DNA of 64,000 nt. Origin: Octopus vulgaris. Taxonomy: Eukaryota. Numbering within the stretch: position 1 is the stretch's first letter; every line of letters starts with the position of its first letter. Positions 1-13,579 of the stretch are shown in pieces. The notes beneath the pieces are model-generated. The model was not told the DNA's origin. It did no database searches and saw nothing but the letters and a program-made list of their open reading frames with translations. The DNA is taken from positions 10,974,001 through 11,038,000 of the forward strand of contig OX597839.1 of the NCBI GenBank assembly GCA_951406725.2, given 5' to 3'. Made by a program: the position numbers and the translations under genes.

Positions 1-121
1 ACAAGGCTTTGGTCGGCCCGAGGATATAGTAGAAGACACTTGCCCAGGGGCCACGCAGTGGGAATGAACCCGGAACCATGTGGTTGGTAAACAAGCTACT
101 TACCATACAGCCACTCCTGCG

Positions 122-164
<43 letters not shown>

Positions 165-1029
165 ACAGGATTCTTTCAGTTTCCATGTACCAAATCCACC
201 CACAAGGCCCGAGGCTATAGTAGAAAACACTTGCTGAAGGTGCTACGCAGTGAGACTGGACCCGAAAACCAAGTGGCCGAGGAGCAAGCTCCTTACCACA
301 CAGCCACGCCTGCACCCTATGCCATGGTGTGGTGGAGTGGAATAAATGTAGTATGGGATGTTGTGATGTGGTGTATAATGGTGTAGTGAGGTGGCACCAA
401 TAAAATATATTGTGATGTCTTTCAGATGAGAGACTGACATTTGATTTTAATGAGTTCTCCCCAATATAACTGACTGCTCAACTACACACACACACACACA
501 CACACACATGCATACACACACACACACACAAGCGTACACACATACACCTGCATACACATCCAAACACACACACACACACACAAAGACACACATATACACA
601 CACAAACACAAACATATACACACATGCACATATATACACACAAACACACATGCATGTACACACACACGCACACACACGTACACACCACATGCATACACAC
701 ACACACATATAGACACACAAATACAAACATATACACACATACACGTATATACATACAAACACACGTGCATACACACACACACACGCGCGTGCACACACAC
801 ACACAAGTACCTTCAGTCACACCTCTCCCTCCCTCCTCTCTCTCTCTCTCTCTCTCTTTCTCTCTTTATGTCTGCTGCTGTGGTTGATGGCTGAGTGGGT
901 GACTACCAGGGAAAGGCAGCAGGAGGAGGAAAGGAAGCAGCCCCCACCATCCTTTCCTCCTACCCCCACCCATTACCACCACTACCACAATATGCAGAGA
1001 GAACCCACAGCCATACAACGCCACCTGCC

Positions 1030-1615
1030 GATACCACCACCATCACCACCACTGCCACCATAACCACAACCACCACCACTACCATACCACCACTACCCAT
1101 GTCACTAGCATCATTGAACACTACAACCATCACCACCACCACCACTTTCACAACTGCCACCACCGCCACCACTTTAACTACCACCATGACTGCTGTGACT
1201 ATCACCACTATCACCATCACGACCACTACTATTACCACCACCACTATGACTGCTACAACTATCACCGCCACCATCACAACCACCACACATACCATCATGA
1301 CTGCTACCACCACCACCACCACCACCATCATGATCATCATCATCATTGTCACCACCACTACCAACATAACCACCATCATGATCATCATCATCATTGTCAT
1401 TGTCACCACCACTACCAACATAACCACCACCACCACAACCACCACCACCACCATCAAGACTGCTACAACTATCACCACCACCATCACCACCACCATCACA
1501 GCCACCACCGCTGCACCATGACGACAACCACCACAAATATCATCATGACTGCTACCACCACCACCACCACCACCACCACCACCACCGCTGCCGCCACCAC
1601 CGCCACCACCACTGC
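1030..1615. repeat. Degenerate (ACC/ATC)n trinucleotide array
   Basis: Direct reading; source of the poly-Thr, poly-Val and poly-Gly ORFs. Confidence 0.9.
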
Positions 1616-2240
1616 ACAATTCATGAGATTGCATGCAAATGCATGTATGCAAATGAACGCAACAAAATATGTACATTGACCATCAGATCACAGAAGTCTG
1701 TCTCTTCTCGGTGGATGGCGAGTGTATATATATGACATTAATATTGGTGAGAGTCCTGTAATTGAAATGAGAATTCCCGTGACACATGAAAACATACACA
1801 CACACACATTCATAGACATAGACACGCACTTACGCGTACAGAGGCACGCATGCACGTACACACGAACAGGGATGTGCATGGATATTTAAATGAATACACA
1901 ATATGTATTTAAATGTGGAGATATCTATGCATGCACATGCGTGTACAGACATGTATGTATGCATTATCTTATACTTAAACACACATGCATATATATACAT
2001 ATAAGCATGCATGTGTGTGTGCATGTACGATTATATGCCTGCATGTATGCACTTGTATATGTATATATGTGTGTGTATGTGTGTATATATATATGTATAT
2101 ATATGTATATATTTATATACATACACATGTATATATCTTTATATATATATATATATGTATAATATATATATATATATATGTGTGTATATGTATATATATA
2201 TATATATATATGTATGTATATATATATGTATATATATGTT

Positions 2241-2281
<41 letters not shown>

Positions 2282-2762
2282 GTGTGTATATATACAAGGA
2301 CTAAGAGACACACAGACTATTGGCAAATGCAAGTACACACACTTATAAAGAATATTAAAATATTGTTTTGATATATTCCTGACTTTCATTACACAGAGAA
2401 TCTACATAATTTATGTGTGTGTCTGTGTGTGTGTGCATGTATATATACATGCACATAAACATACATACACACGCACATATATATATATATATACATATGT
2501 ACATATACATATACATATGCGTTTGTTGTTAAAAAGGATTATTTCCTCATACCTAAAGTATTTTAAAGTATTTATGTGTTTGACTAACATCAGCCGCACT
2601 CATCTCTGTGTCTGAAGTAAAGAAACTATTATGAAGGAGAAAATAATCCTGTTTGCCAAAATATAATTTTAGCAGACATTACAAAGACGGATTGAATACA
2701 TTGCGTACAGTTGTGTGTGTGTGTGTGGTGTATATATATATGTGTGTGTGTGTGTGTATTTA

Positions 2763-2817
<55 letters not shown>

Positions 2818-3101
2818 ATATATGTATGTATGTATATATATGTATGTATGTATATAGACACACTCACACATAAGTTTGGTGATGCAAACAGGAAAAAATA
2901 GAACTCAAAACATGAGAGTATACATATTTATTTTATTAATATTTAGTAGAAGCAACAGAGTGGCTCAACAACCAAGAGTTTTTTGCGTTAGCACTTAAAA
3001 AAACTAGTTACAGATCACGGGGTTGTATGTATGTGTGTGTGTGCGTGTGTGTATATATACACACACGCACACACACACACACACACATATATAACTAATT
3101 T

Positions 3102-3175
3102 AGCCGGTTAACTCATTTGGTTAGAGTGTCGTGCTAATAACACAAGTGTCATGGGTTCAAGCCCCATACTGGCCA
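3102..3175 (+). pseudogene. tRNA-Ile(AAT) pseudogene
   Basis: Full-length match to eukaryotic tRNA-Ile (GCCGGTTA..TGGTTAGAG..GTGCTAATAAC..GGTTCAAGCCCC..GGCCA) with several CpG-type transitions; B box TTCAAG instead of TTCGA; lies between microsatellites. Confidence 0.8.
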
Positions 3176-3301
3176 TATTTATCATTATTATGATATATAT
3201 ATATATATATACACACACACATTTATATATATATATGTATATATATATATACATTTATGTATATATATATATACATATAGATATTTGTGTATGTATGTTT
3301 A

Positions 3302-3347
<46 letters not shown>

Positions 3348-3406
3348 TAAATTTATATATATGTATATATATATATATACATTTATGTATATATTATATT
3401 ATTAAA

Positions 3407-3661
3407 GACCCCCTTCGGTCATGAATGACCATGGGATTGCACCTAGAAAGTTACCCTCCTAGACACAAGTCCGGGCAAGGTTGTTTATGGAAGACCAGCA
3501 GTCGCCCATGCATACCAGCCTCCCCTCTCCACGCCACCAGTGTTATCCAAGGGAAAGACAAAGGTCGATACAGCTTGGCACCAGTGACGTCGCAACTCAT
3601 TTCTACAGCTGAGTGAACTGGAGCAACGTGAAATAAAGTGCCTTGCTCAAGAACACAACAC
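3407..3661 (-). mobile_element. Headless SINE fragment (CORE/V-like centre, RTE-like tail)
   Basis: TGTGTTCTTGAGCAAGGCACTTTATTTCACGTTGCTCCAGTTCACTCAGCTG is shared with tRNA-headed copies at ~16165-16335 and 32507-32660. Confidence 0.65.
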
Positions 3662-3748
3662 ATATGCATATATATATATATTGACCATGACTGACTGCTA
3701 AATCCATAAGATTTTTAAAATTCCGTCCTTGCTTCTTTCCTCGTGTTC

Positions 3749-3784
3749 CTTTCTGTTGAAGAGCATAGGCTTGAAACGTAAAAG
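3749..3784 (+). ncRNA. Minimal hammerhead-like motif, CUGUNGA-core family
   Basis: CTTT-CTGTTGA-A-GAGC-ATAG-GCTT-GAA-ACGT-A-AAAG in an element at ~3681-3874 between (TA)n tracts. Confidence 0.6.
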
Positions 3785-3870
3785 ACTTTCTCACCTTCCT
3801 GAGCATCAAACTAATACACCTGCTTGTTGTTTATACACCTGTCTTCGTCTTTTGTTTTTCTGTAAATTTC

Positions 3871-3915
<45 letters not shown>

Positions 3916-4484
3916 GCTGAAGGATTAAAATTAATTAAAGGTGAGGCTATCTTTCCCAGTGCAGAAGCTGGTCGACATGAGTCCAAATACTTGAATGTAC
4001 ATTGGGAGATTGTCTTAGCCTATTTGCCTTCAGATGGTTGATTTCTGTATCTATCATCAGTGTTTTTTGGCAATTTAGAGAAGAGTTTTGAATGTTATTT
4101 CCAGCAAATAGACATACATAGTATGGCCTTTCATTAATTGTAATCCTTCAGCTATCTGATGCTTTGAGGTGGGGTGTGACTTGCAATTGCCTATACTATT
4201 GATTCTGTTATTATCATTTTTAAATTGTTACACTAGATAATAACAGCATTAATGATATCTTTGAATAAGAGAATGCATCTAATATTAATAATATTATTAA
4301 AAACTGATTATTGTATATGCTTATAAATGCAAATATGTATGTATATTTCAGAATATATATATAGGTATTTATGTATATCTATATATGTATGTATATGTAT
4401 ATCTATATATATAAGTATTCAAATGTGTGTATATTTTATTTATTTTATATTTATATTTATTTATAACTTAACATTATGTACTTT

Positions 4485-4613
4485 ATAATCTCTGACGAAG
4501 CCTACAGATAAACCCAAGTACCTCATTTTCATCTACATATCACTTCACTCAACTTGAGTAATAAAGGTAGAATGAGGTATTTTTACCTCTTGGCTGAAAC
4601 AGCTGTAAGTTAT
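4485..4613 (+). ncRNA. Type I hammerhead ribozyme with ~95-nt extended stem II
   Basis: Core CTGACGA (4492-4498); stem II closed by AGCC/GGCT with internal TACCTCATT/AATGAGGTA pairing; GAAA then palindromic stem III ACAGCTGT; GUA site after 4607; stem I ATAA(T)CT/AGTTAT. Confidence 0.75.
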
Positions 4614-5366
4614 TTTCCCAATTTATATTCCTGTTTGTTATTTTATAATAATTACTGGTATCCTTATATATTACTATATTTTATATCTTATATCTTATAT
4701 GTAAAGAATAATATGTTATATGTATATATATTATTGTAATTATCAGTTTAAGTGAATAAATAAATAAGTTAACATAATATAATGTCTAAAAGTTGATGAA
4801 CCACCTATTGATCCCCTCCATTTTCTTATTGTTATATAATATATATACACAAACATGTATCAGTTGCAGCACCATCAGGTTGGCATGGATTGGATGGTTA
4901 GACTGGAGCTGGTAAAGCCAGAAGCTACACTAGGCTCCACTGTCTGTTCTGACATGGTTTCGATGAGTAGATGCTCTTCCTAGTGCCAACCATTCCACTG
5001 ACTGTACTGGGTGCTTTTCATGTGACACTCCACAGAATGTACAAGGTGATTGTATATATATATATTTATACATATATATATAAATATATATGTATGCATA
5101 TATATCTATATCACACCAACCAGACCATCAGATGTTGCTACACATCGCTGGTCACAATATGTTCACATTGTTTTAGCCTTTGAATGACACCACCCCACTG
5201 GCTAAGCGAGCAGGCCAACAGAAGAAAGAGTGGTCCGGGTACAGCAGATCACCACTGCGTGGCACCTTGGGCAAGTGTCTTCTACTATAGCCTCACGCCG
5301 ACCAAAGCCTGTGACCGCGAGTCCGCTGCCCTAACCACTGGGCCATTGCACCTCCACACACACAAG

Positions 5367-5416
<50 letters not shown>

Positions 5417-6916
5417 ATATGTTTGTGTGTCTGTGTTTGTCCCCCCAACATCACTTGACAACCGATGCTGGTGTGTTTACGTCCCCGTAACTTATACATA
5501 TATAGTATGACCGATAGAAAAAGAACTAGGCTTACAAAGAATAGGTCCTGGAGTCGATTTGCTCAACTAAACGCGGTGCTCCAGCATGGCCACAGTATAC
5601 ATATGCACCAGAATATTTATATACATGCATGAATGTATCTATATATGTACATACATATGTACATATATGAATAAAAAAGAAACAAATTCATTAAAAGTTG
5701 TTTTTAAGTTACCGAATATTGTGTCTATATTTGTGACAAGAGCAATCGATACCTTACCTCTGTGACAACTTAGACAACTGTATTTACTTACATGTATCTG
5801 AGAGAGGGCTGGGGGAGCTCCTGGCAGGTTTTGCTATTTATCAAAAGTACAATAAACTACAATGTTATATGAGAATGAGAAAGAAAAGAAAAAGAAAAAG
5901 AGTTGAAATTCAAGGAAAGATTTTGTTTCGCTGCTAAATAGTCTGTTGTGTATTTTTATCTGTGGATAGAAATACTTGTATATGTATGTATGTATGTATG
6001 TATTTGAATGTGTGTGTCTATATGTATGTATGTATGTATGTATGCATTTATGTGTGTGTGTGTATGTATGTATGTATGTATGTATGTATGTATTTGAATG
6101 TGTGTATGTATGTATGTATGCATGTATTTATGTGTGTGTGTATGTATGTGTGTGTATATGTATGGGTGTATGTATGTATGCATTTATGTGTGTGTGTGTA
6201 TGTATGTATGTATGTATGTATGTATTTGAATATGTGTATGTATGTATGTGTGTATATGTATGTATGAGTGTATGTATGTATGTGTGTGTATATGTATGTG
6301 TGTGTATGTATGTATGCATATATGTGTATATGTATGTGTGTGTATGTATGTATGTACGCATGCATGTATTTGAATGTGTGTGCCTGTGTGTGTGTGCCTG
6401 TACACACACACACGTGTGTATATATATAAATATATATATATATATAGAGAGAGAGAGAGGGAGAGAGATAGAGAGAGAGGAAGAGGAAGGCAGACAGAGA
6501 CAAAAGTACACTCTGACAGATAAAGATATGTATATACATACCATACATACACTTATAAAACTAATGTCTGTATATATTAGAGCGAAAGGGGAGAGAAAAG
6601 AGAGAGAGAGAGAGGAGAGGAGTGAGAAAAAGAGAGAGAGGGGGAAGCATCAGTGTATCATATTTACTGTAAATACATTATTGAAAGACAAATTTACTGC
6701 ACTATTCATCCAGAGATAACATCTCTAACCGAAGTGCTTGCTTTGTCTAAAAACACTATATATCAGAGATGAAATCAACTCCAGTAATAACCAACAAGAA
6801 TGTCAGATGCATTTCAGCATCATCGGGCCTTGTCAGTGTCATGTACCCACAACGAGCAACATGCTTAGGTGAGATTTATTGCCCTGAATATAGGAAGACA
6901 GAAAAATATTCACTAG

Positions 6917-7313
6917 TAGGCGTAGGAGTGGCAGTGCGGTAAGTAGCATGCTTATGAACCACATGGTTCCAGGTTCAGTCCCACTGCATGGCATCTTGGG
7001 CAAGCGTCTTCTACTATTTGGGCCGACCAAAGCCTTGTGAGTCGATTTGGTAGACAGAAACTGAAAGAAGCCCATCGTATATATGTATATGTGTGTGTGT
7101 GTGTTTGTGTCTTTGTGTTTGTCCCCCCAACATCGCTTGACAACCGATGCTGGTGTGTTTATGTCCCTGTAACTTAGCAGTTTGGCAAAAGAGACTGATA
7201 GAATAAGTACTAGGGTTACAAAGAATAAGTCCTGGGGTCGATTTGCTTAACTAAAAAGACAGTGCTCCAGCTTGGCCACAGTCAAATGACTGAAACGAGT
7301 AAAGAGTAAAGAG
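6917..7313 (+). mobile_element. SINE family A, full length
   Basis: Same head, core, internal (TG)n and tail as 8464-8882. Confidence 0.85.
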
Positions 7314-7400
7314 TAGTACTGAAAATAGCTTCCCAGCTGAATAAATATCTGTTATAGGCAATAGCCTTTTCACTAGCCGCTGATGAGATTGTGCAGGAAC

Positions 7401-7600
7401 TTGGAAAAGTTTACTGATGAAGCCAATGAGAAGAAATGTGTGAAGTACCAGGAACTGGTGGAAAAGTGCCAGTTCTGCAGCTTGAAAACATATTACGAAC
7501 ATATAGAGGTGGACTGTAGAGGTTTTACAAGATACTTGCACTGCAAAAGGCCTCAATGAAATAGACTATACAGGGGTGTGAAGAAGTGGGCCTTTCAGTA
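7401..7600 (+). mobile_element. Decayed restriction-like endonuclease (REL) C-terminus of an R2/HERO-type non-LTR element
   Basis: Translates LEKFTDEANEKKCVKYQELVEKCQFCSLKTYYEHIEVDCRGF, resembling the EAHERKxxKYxEL...PIEVGCRGF motif. Confidence 0.6.
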
Positions 7601-8463
7601 AGGGGGAAAAGCTGCATAAAATGTACAAAGGGCTAAACATAGAGGGGACAAACAAGGACAGACAAAGGGATTAAGTCGATTATATCGACCTCAGTGTGTA
7701 ACTGGTACTTATTTAATTGACCCTGAAAGGATGAAAAGCAAAGTCGACCTCGGCGGAATTTGAACTCTGAACATAGTGGCAGATGAAATACCATTAAGCA
7801 GTTTGCCTGGCGTGCTAATGTTTCTTATTTCTTTATTGCCCACAAGGGGCTAAACATAGAGGGGACAAATAAGGACAGACAAACGGATTAAGTTGATTAC
7901 ATCGACCCCAGTGTGTAACTGGTACTTAATTTATCGACCCCAAAAGGATGAAAGGCAAAGTCGACCTCGGCAGAATTTGAACTCAGAACATGCGAAATAC
8001 CACTAAGCATTTTGCCTGGCATGCTAACGTTTCTGCCAGCTCGACGCCTTCAGAATCGCTGTTATTTCTAGTGGTCAAGCATCCATCATTGATGAAACCA
8101 GGGAAGGTCAAAATCATGTGATCTAGTGGTCCCGGTACGGAAGATGGCAGGGATTTATCTCCCCACTATTGATCTAAACAAGAGTACATTTTTCACCAAA
8201 AAGCCACTTTGTGAGTTTCCCTTATGGTACATACCACAGTATAGTTTTTTTCTAACAGAACATCTACATTTAAGTGGGGATAAATATCGCCACTTAGTAT
8301 TAATACTGCCTCTGTAGCTAATATATATCTTTCACAAGGCTTTGGTTGGCCTGAGGCTATAGTTTAAGACACTTGCCCAAGGTGCCGCACAGTCAGACCG
8401 AACCCAGAACCATGTAATTGGGAAGCAAGCGTCTTACCACACAGCCACACCTGTGCCTACATA

Positions 8464-8676
8464 CTCTTTACTCTCTTTTACTTGTTTCAGTCATTTGACT
8501 GTGGCCATGCTGGAGCAGCGCCTTTAGTCGAGCAAATCGACCCCGGGACTTATTCTTTGTAAGCCTAGTACTTATTCTGTTGGTCTCTTTTGCCAAACCG
8601 CTAAGTTACGGGGACGTAAACACACATCAGTTGTCAAGCAATGTTGGGGGGGACAAACACAGACACACAAACATAT

Positions 8677-8708
<32 letters not shown>

Positions 8709-8882
8709 GTACATATATACGATGGGTTTCTTTCAGTTTCTGCCTACCAAATCCACTCACAAGGTTTTGGTCGGCCTGAGGCTATAGTAGAAGACACTTG
8801 CCCAAGGTGCCATGCAGTGGGACTGAACCCGGAACCATGTGGTTGGTAAGCAAGCTACTTACCACACAGCCACACCTGTGCC
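8464..8882 (-). mobile_element. SINE family A (CORE-like CCTTGGGCAAGT motif, internal microsatellite, (AAAGAGT)n tail), full length
   Basis: tRNA-like head TGGCTGTGTGGTAAG..GGTTCAGTCCC; near-identical copies throughout the window. Confidence 0.85.
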
Positions 8883-9439
8883 AACATCTAAAATTATATA
8901 TTCTGTCTGTTTACACATATATCTATAAAGGCACTGTATATTCTGTTTGATCTTATATATATCTATGTAGCTACAATGGACACAATATATTCGATCTGAT
9001 AATCCAAGTCTATGGAGATGGTATATATATTCTGCCTGTTTAACTATTTCTATAGAAATAATAGTTATTAAAATGTATATGTAATTCTCATTGCTTTTCA
9101 TCCTTCTGGACTTAACACAATAACATTCCAATGCAGTGCTAGGTTGTTTCTTTTAATGCATCCCCCCGATGTCACAGGAATTATAATATGAGACCAAACT
9201 ACTATTTCATGATTTTGTTTGTATAAAACCCCTAGAAGTGCCTGATAGGTCAGTTAATACTTACCATACTATAGATCTAGTCTTTGATTCTCAAACTCTT
9301 TGATTTTCAATTAATTTTCAATATAATCCAGACCAGGGAAAGGGTTTATTAAAATGTCTCTAGGAAACTTTATGTATGGGCATAGAAAATATTGGTGGTG
9401 ACAAACTAATACATACATAAATACTTGCCAGCCTGCAGG

Positions 9440-9510
<71 letters not shown>

Positions 9511-9513
<3 letters not shown>

Positions 9514-9916
9514 TGTAGGAGTGGCTGTGTGGTAAGTAGTTTACTTACCAACTACATGGTCCTGGGTTCAGTCCCACTGCGTGGCACCTTGGGCAAGTGT
9601 CTTCTACTATAGCATCGGGCCGACCAAAGCCTTGTGGGTGGATTTGGTAGACGGAAACTGAAAGAAGCCTGTCGTATATATGTATATATATATGTATATG
9701 TGTGTGTATGTGTATATGTTTGTCACCCCAACATTGCTTGACAACCGATGCTGGTGTGTTTATGTCCCCGTGACTTAGCTTTTTGGCAAAAGAGACTGAT
9801 AGAATAAGTACTAGGCTTACAAAGAATAAGTCCTGGGGTCAATTTGCTCAACTAAAAGGTGGTGCTCCAGCATGGCCACAGTCAAATGAGGGAAACCAGT
9901 AAAAGAGTAAAAGAGT
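9511..9916 (+). mobile_element. SINE family A, full length
   Basis: Same architecture as 8464-8882. Confidence 0.85.
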
Positions 9917-10259
9917 ATATATATGTTATGTCCTGTTCTTCTTCTTATTTTTATTGTGTTTTATATTTATATTCGTGTAACATCATCTGTTTTTCCGTCC
10001 TTGTTTTCTTATACATTCGATGCTTTCTTCCAAGGAATCTAATGCTCTTAACTTAGTTTTTCCTTGGGGCTGGCCAGATTGGAGCAATCTCAAGATTAAT
10101 CAGCCGAAATTGCGAGGATGATCCAGTTCTTGACAGAAGATAGAAAGCTTCGAATGACCCGTCCTTGTTTTTTCATATCTTCTATCTGGATGTTTTGTTG
10201 TCACTTTTTGTATCACCTAGTTGTCTGGATGTTTTGTGTTCTTGCCCCATTTTGTATTT

Positions 10260-10315
<56 letters not shown>

Positions 10316-10335
10316 GCTGAGTACAATAACACTTT

Positions 10336-10431
<96 letters not shown>

Positions 10432-11610
10432 TATACATACATTTAATATACATATTATTGCTTAGCGTGCCTCTAATTCATGTGTGTGTGTTTGTGAATG
10501 TGTGTGTGTGCGTGTGTACCTATGTATGTATGTATGTATGTATGTATGTATGTATGTATGTATGTATGTATATATATATATATATATATATGCGCACCCA
10601 TATTACAGTGAATACCCCCCACACACACATACACAAACTGAACCAAGTTACCTCCCATAATGCACTATACCTGCTTCTTACCCCCCCCAGCTCCTGCTGA
10701 CTATCCAACCATGTCATCTCACTCTCTCTCTCTCTCTCTCTCTCTTGTCCTACCCCCTGTCAATCCTATCATCATTACTGTTCTTACTACTTTCCCCCCC
10801 TCTCCCCCCCACTCTCTTCCGCATCCCTCCATCTTTCCCCAGACTCATGGCTCATTGTTCATCCACTCTTGAATCAACCCAAATTTTACACTCTACCTCT
10901 CCATCCCTTCAGGTCTTGTTCTTCCCCTTCCACTAAACATGAGTAGCAAAGTAAATGTTTTACAACTGTGATTCTCAAGCATTTTTTTTTTACCTATGGA
11001 CCCCTTTGGTTGCTGTTTTATTATGATGGACTCCCATGGCCATTGGATATTTAAAAACAAGTTTTGAAGATGCTTCTTTCAAAATTCCTATTTTGTTTTT
11101 CACACATTCACTACACAAACCTATAGGTTTGAAATTGCACTCTCTGAGAGGAATATGTTTTAGTGGCTGCAAACATGTTCGACTATTCTTTCATTCTTTT
11201 ACTTGTTTCAGTCATTTGACTGTGGCCATGCTGGAGCACCGCCTTTAGTCGAGCAAATCAACCCCAGGACTTATTCTTTCTAAGCCTAGTACTTATTCTA
11301 TTGGTTCTCTTTCGCCGAACCGCTGAGCATCGCCTTTAGTAGAGCAAATCAACACACAAACACACACACACACACATATATACAGATATACGACGGGCTT
11401 CTTTCAGTTTCCGTCTACCAAATCTACTCACAAGGCTTTTGTCGGCCCGAGGCTATAGTAGAAGACACTTGCCCAAGGTGCCACGCAGTGGGACTGAACC
11501 CGGGACCATGTGGTTGGTAAGCAAGCTACTTACTACACAGCTACTCCTATGTCTATTGCTTAGTTTTTAGCATTGATTTTATTCTTTTTTTGCAATGGCA
11601 ACAACATACG

Positions 11611-11690
11611 TGAGCTTGCCTTGGGACACCTGCGTTACTGTTTGATAGACATACCGCCCCAGTCAAACTCCCCGATCAACACTGTTCTCG
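11611..11690 (-). rRNA. Dispersed ~80-bp 28S rRNA fragment (domain V, P-loop region), pseudogenic
   Basis: + strand TGAGCTTGCCTTGGGACACCTGCGTTAC..TACCGCCCCAGTCAAACTCCCC is the reverse complement of conserved LSU GGGGAGTTTGACTGGGGCGGTA..GTAACGCAGGTGTCC; no other rDNA nearby. Confidence 0.85.
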
Positions 11691-12186
11691 ACATATACAT
11701 ATGACGGGCTTCTTTCAGTTTCCATCAACCAAATCCACTCACAAGGCTTTGGTCGGCCCAAGGCTATAGTAGAAAACACTTGTCCAAGGTGCCATGCAGT
11801 GGGACTGAACCTGGAACCATGTGGTTAGTAAACAAGCTACTTACCACACAGCCACTCCTGCACCTGTTAAGCATTAGAGTAAGAAATCTAGTTGTTTCTT
11901 GCAATATATATGTCTAAAGCAATGGTATGCAACAAGGGTCCATTGGTCCTTGGGGATCTATATTAGATCCTGTTGTTAAAACTTGGTTATACTTCTACAA
12001 TTTACAAAATATTAGAAAAATTTTCTTTTACACAAATCCTAATAATATTTAATTATCTATTATATAAAATCCGTTCTGTCTGTTTGTGTGTGTGTGTCTT
12101 CTAGGATCTCGGGCAACAAAAGACAAAGACAGGTGGTGTACAAAACTAACAGGTGTATTAGTATAACACTCAGGAATAGAAAAAGT

Positions 12187-12222
12187 CTTTTACGTTTCGA
12201 GCCTACGCTCTTCTACAGAAAG
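12187..12222 (-). ncRNA. Minimal hammerhead-like motif, CUGUNGA-core family
   Basis: Minus strand CTTT-CTGTAGA-A-GAGC-GTAG-GCTC-GAA-ACGT-A-AAAG; host element (~12115-12280) is nearly identical to the 46.4-kb copy. Confidence 0.65.
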
Positions 12223-12632
12223 GGACACAGAAAAAACAAGGAGAGAAAAAAAATGTGTGAAGTGGCTAACGATCTATCATATACATACATATATATATAT
12301 ATGTAGTGGCTAACAATCTATCATATATATATATATATGTGTGTGTGTGTTTATACATACTAGCTTTTAAGCAATTGACACTGAATGGGAAGATCTGCAA
12401 ACAGGTCTCTGTCTTGTTTTCGAGAATTTGTTGCAATTGCTTCCTCCAGAGTCGTATCCCAATGATCATCATATTCGTCACAAAAAATCATTTCCATCCA
12501 TCATCTCCTGTCTTGTAGTGTATATATATATATATATAAGTTCAGCAAAATTTAGATTCAGATGAATATGGTACTTAAGTTAGATGCACCAGAACTTTGT
12601 ATGGTATTATTCATATAAATCCATGGGGTGAT

Positions 12633-13057
12633 TATAATCAAAATAAGCAACAAGAATATCTCCAGTAATTTGGTATGATTGTTTCACGCTACATCATTTT
12701 ATTAAATATTGTAAATATTACAACAGTTTTAAAATGTTGAGCAATCATCAGCGATTTATAGAGGATTCCCATTAATACATAATTTTCATATTAATTGATA
12801 ACATTATAGAGAAGGTAGATATATAGACAAAGATGTTGATTTGAATTTTAAGAACATCTTTGTCTATATATCTACCTTCTCTATAATGTTATCGATTAAT
12901 ATGAAAATTATGTATTAATGGGAAACCTCTATAAATGGCTGATGATTGCTCAACATTTTAAAACTGTTGTAATATTTACAATATTTAATAAAATGATGTA
13001 GCATGAAACGATCATACCAAGTTACCGGAGATATTCTTGTTGCTTATTTTGATTATA
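12633..13057. repeat. Long inverted repeat: 205-bp arms, 15-nt spacer
   Basis: 12633-12837 is the reverse complement of 12853-13057 with only a handful of mismatches. Confidence 0.95.
12936..13019 (+). ncRNA. Degenerate type I hammerhead with extended stem II, in the right arm of a 205-bp inverted repeat (mirror copy on - strand at ~12671-12754)
   Basis: TGG-CTGATGA (12939-12945); stem II TGCT/AGCA and CATTTTA/TAAAATG; GAA-ACGATCAT-A-CCA. Stem III looks like a CpG-decayed ACGATCGT palindrome; stem I TGG/CCA. Confidence 0.6.
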
Positions 13058-13274
13058 TATGTATATATATCATCATCATCATCTTCGTTTAGCGTCCGCT
13101 TTCCATGCTGGCATGGGTTGGACGGTTAAACTGGGGTCTGGGAAGCCAGAAGGCTGCACCAGGCCCAGTCTGATCTGGCAATGTTTCTATGGCTGGATGC
13201 CCTTCCTAACGCCAACCACTCCATGAGTGTAGTGGTTGCTTTTTACGTGCCACCGGCACAGTGTGTATATATAA

Positions 13275-13326
<52 letters not shown>

Positions 13327-13543
13327 TATATCCACTTGAGAATTTAGGGAGATGTACATACACAAAAAAATGAACTAAGATTCTTCAAAGAAAATACATA
13401 TATGTGTATGTCTGTGTGTGTGTGTGTGTGTATGTGTGGTAAGTTATGTATATGATATTCTATACATATGTATGTATGTATGTATGTATGAAGATGTGTC
13501 TGTATAGCATTGCCATCATCACTGTTTTAATGTCTTGTTTTAC

Positions 13544-13579
<36 letters not shown>

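Noticed and set aside
895-1676. 208-aa poly-Thr (mucin-like) ORF and its antisense poly-Val/Gly ORFs
   Set aside because: Arise from an (ACC)n array open in several frames; non-ATG start, no signal peptide or recognisable domain.
4028-4064. Minus-strand CTGATGA..GAAA motif
   Set aside because: Only 1-2 bp possible in each stem; likely chance.
5956-6719. Long [12 protein letters not shown] ORFs here and across the window
   Set aside because: Translations of (TA)n, (TG)n and (TATG)n microsatellites.
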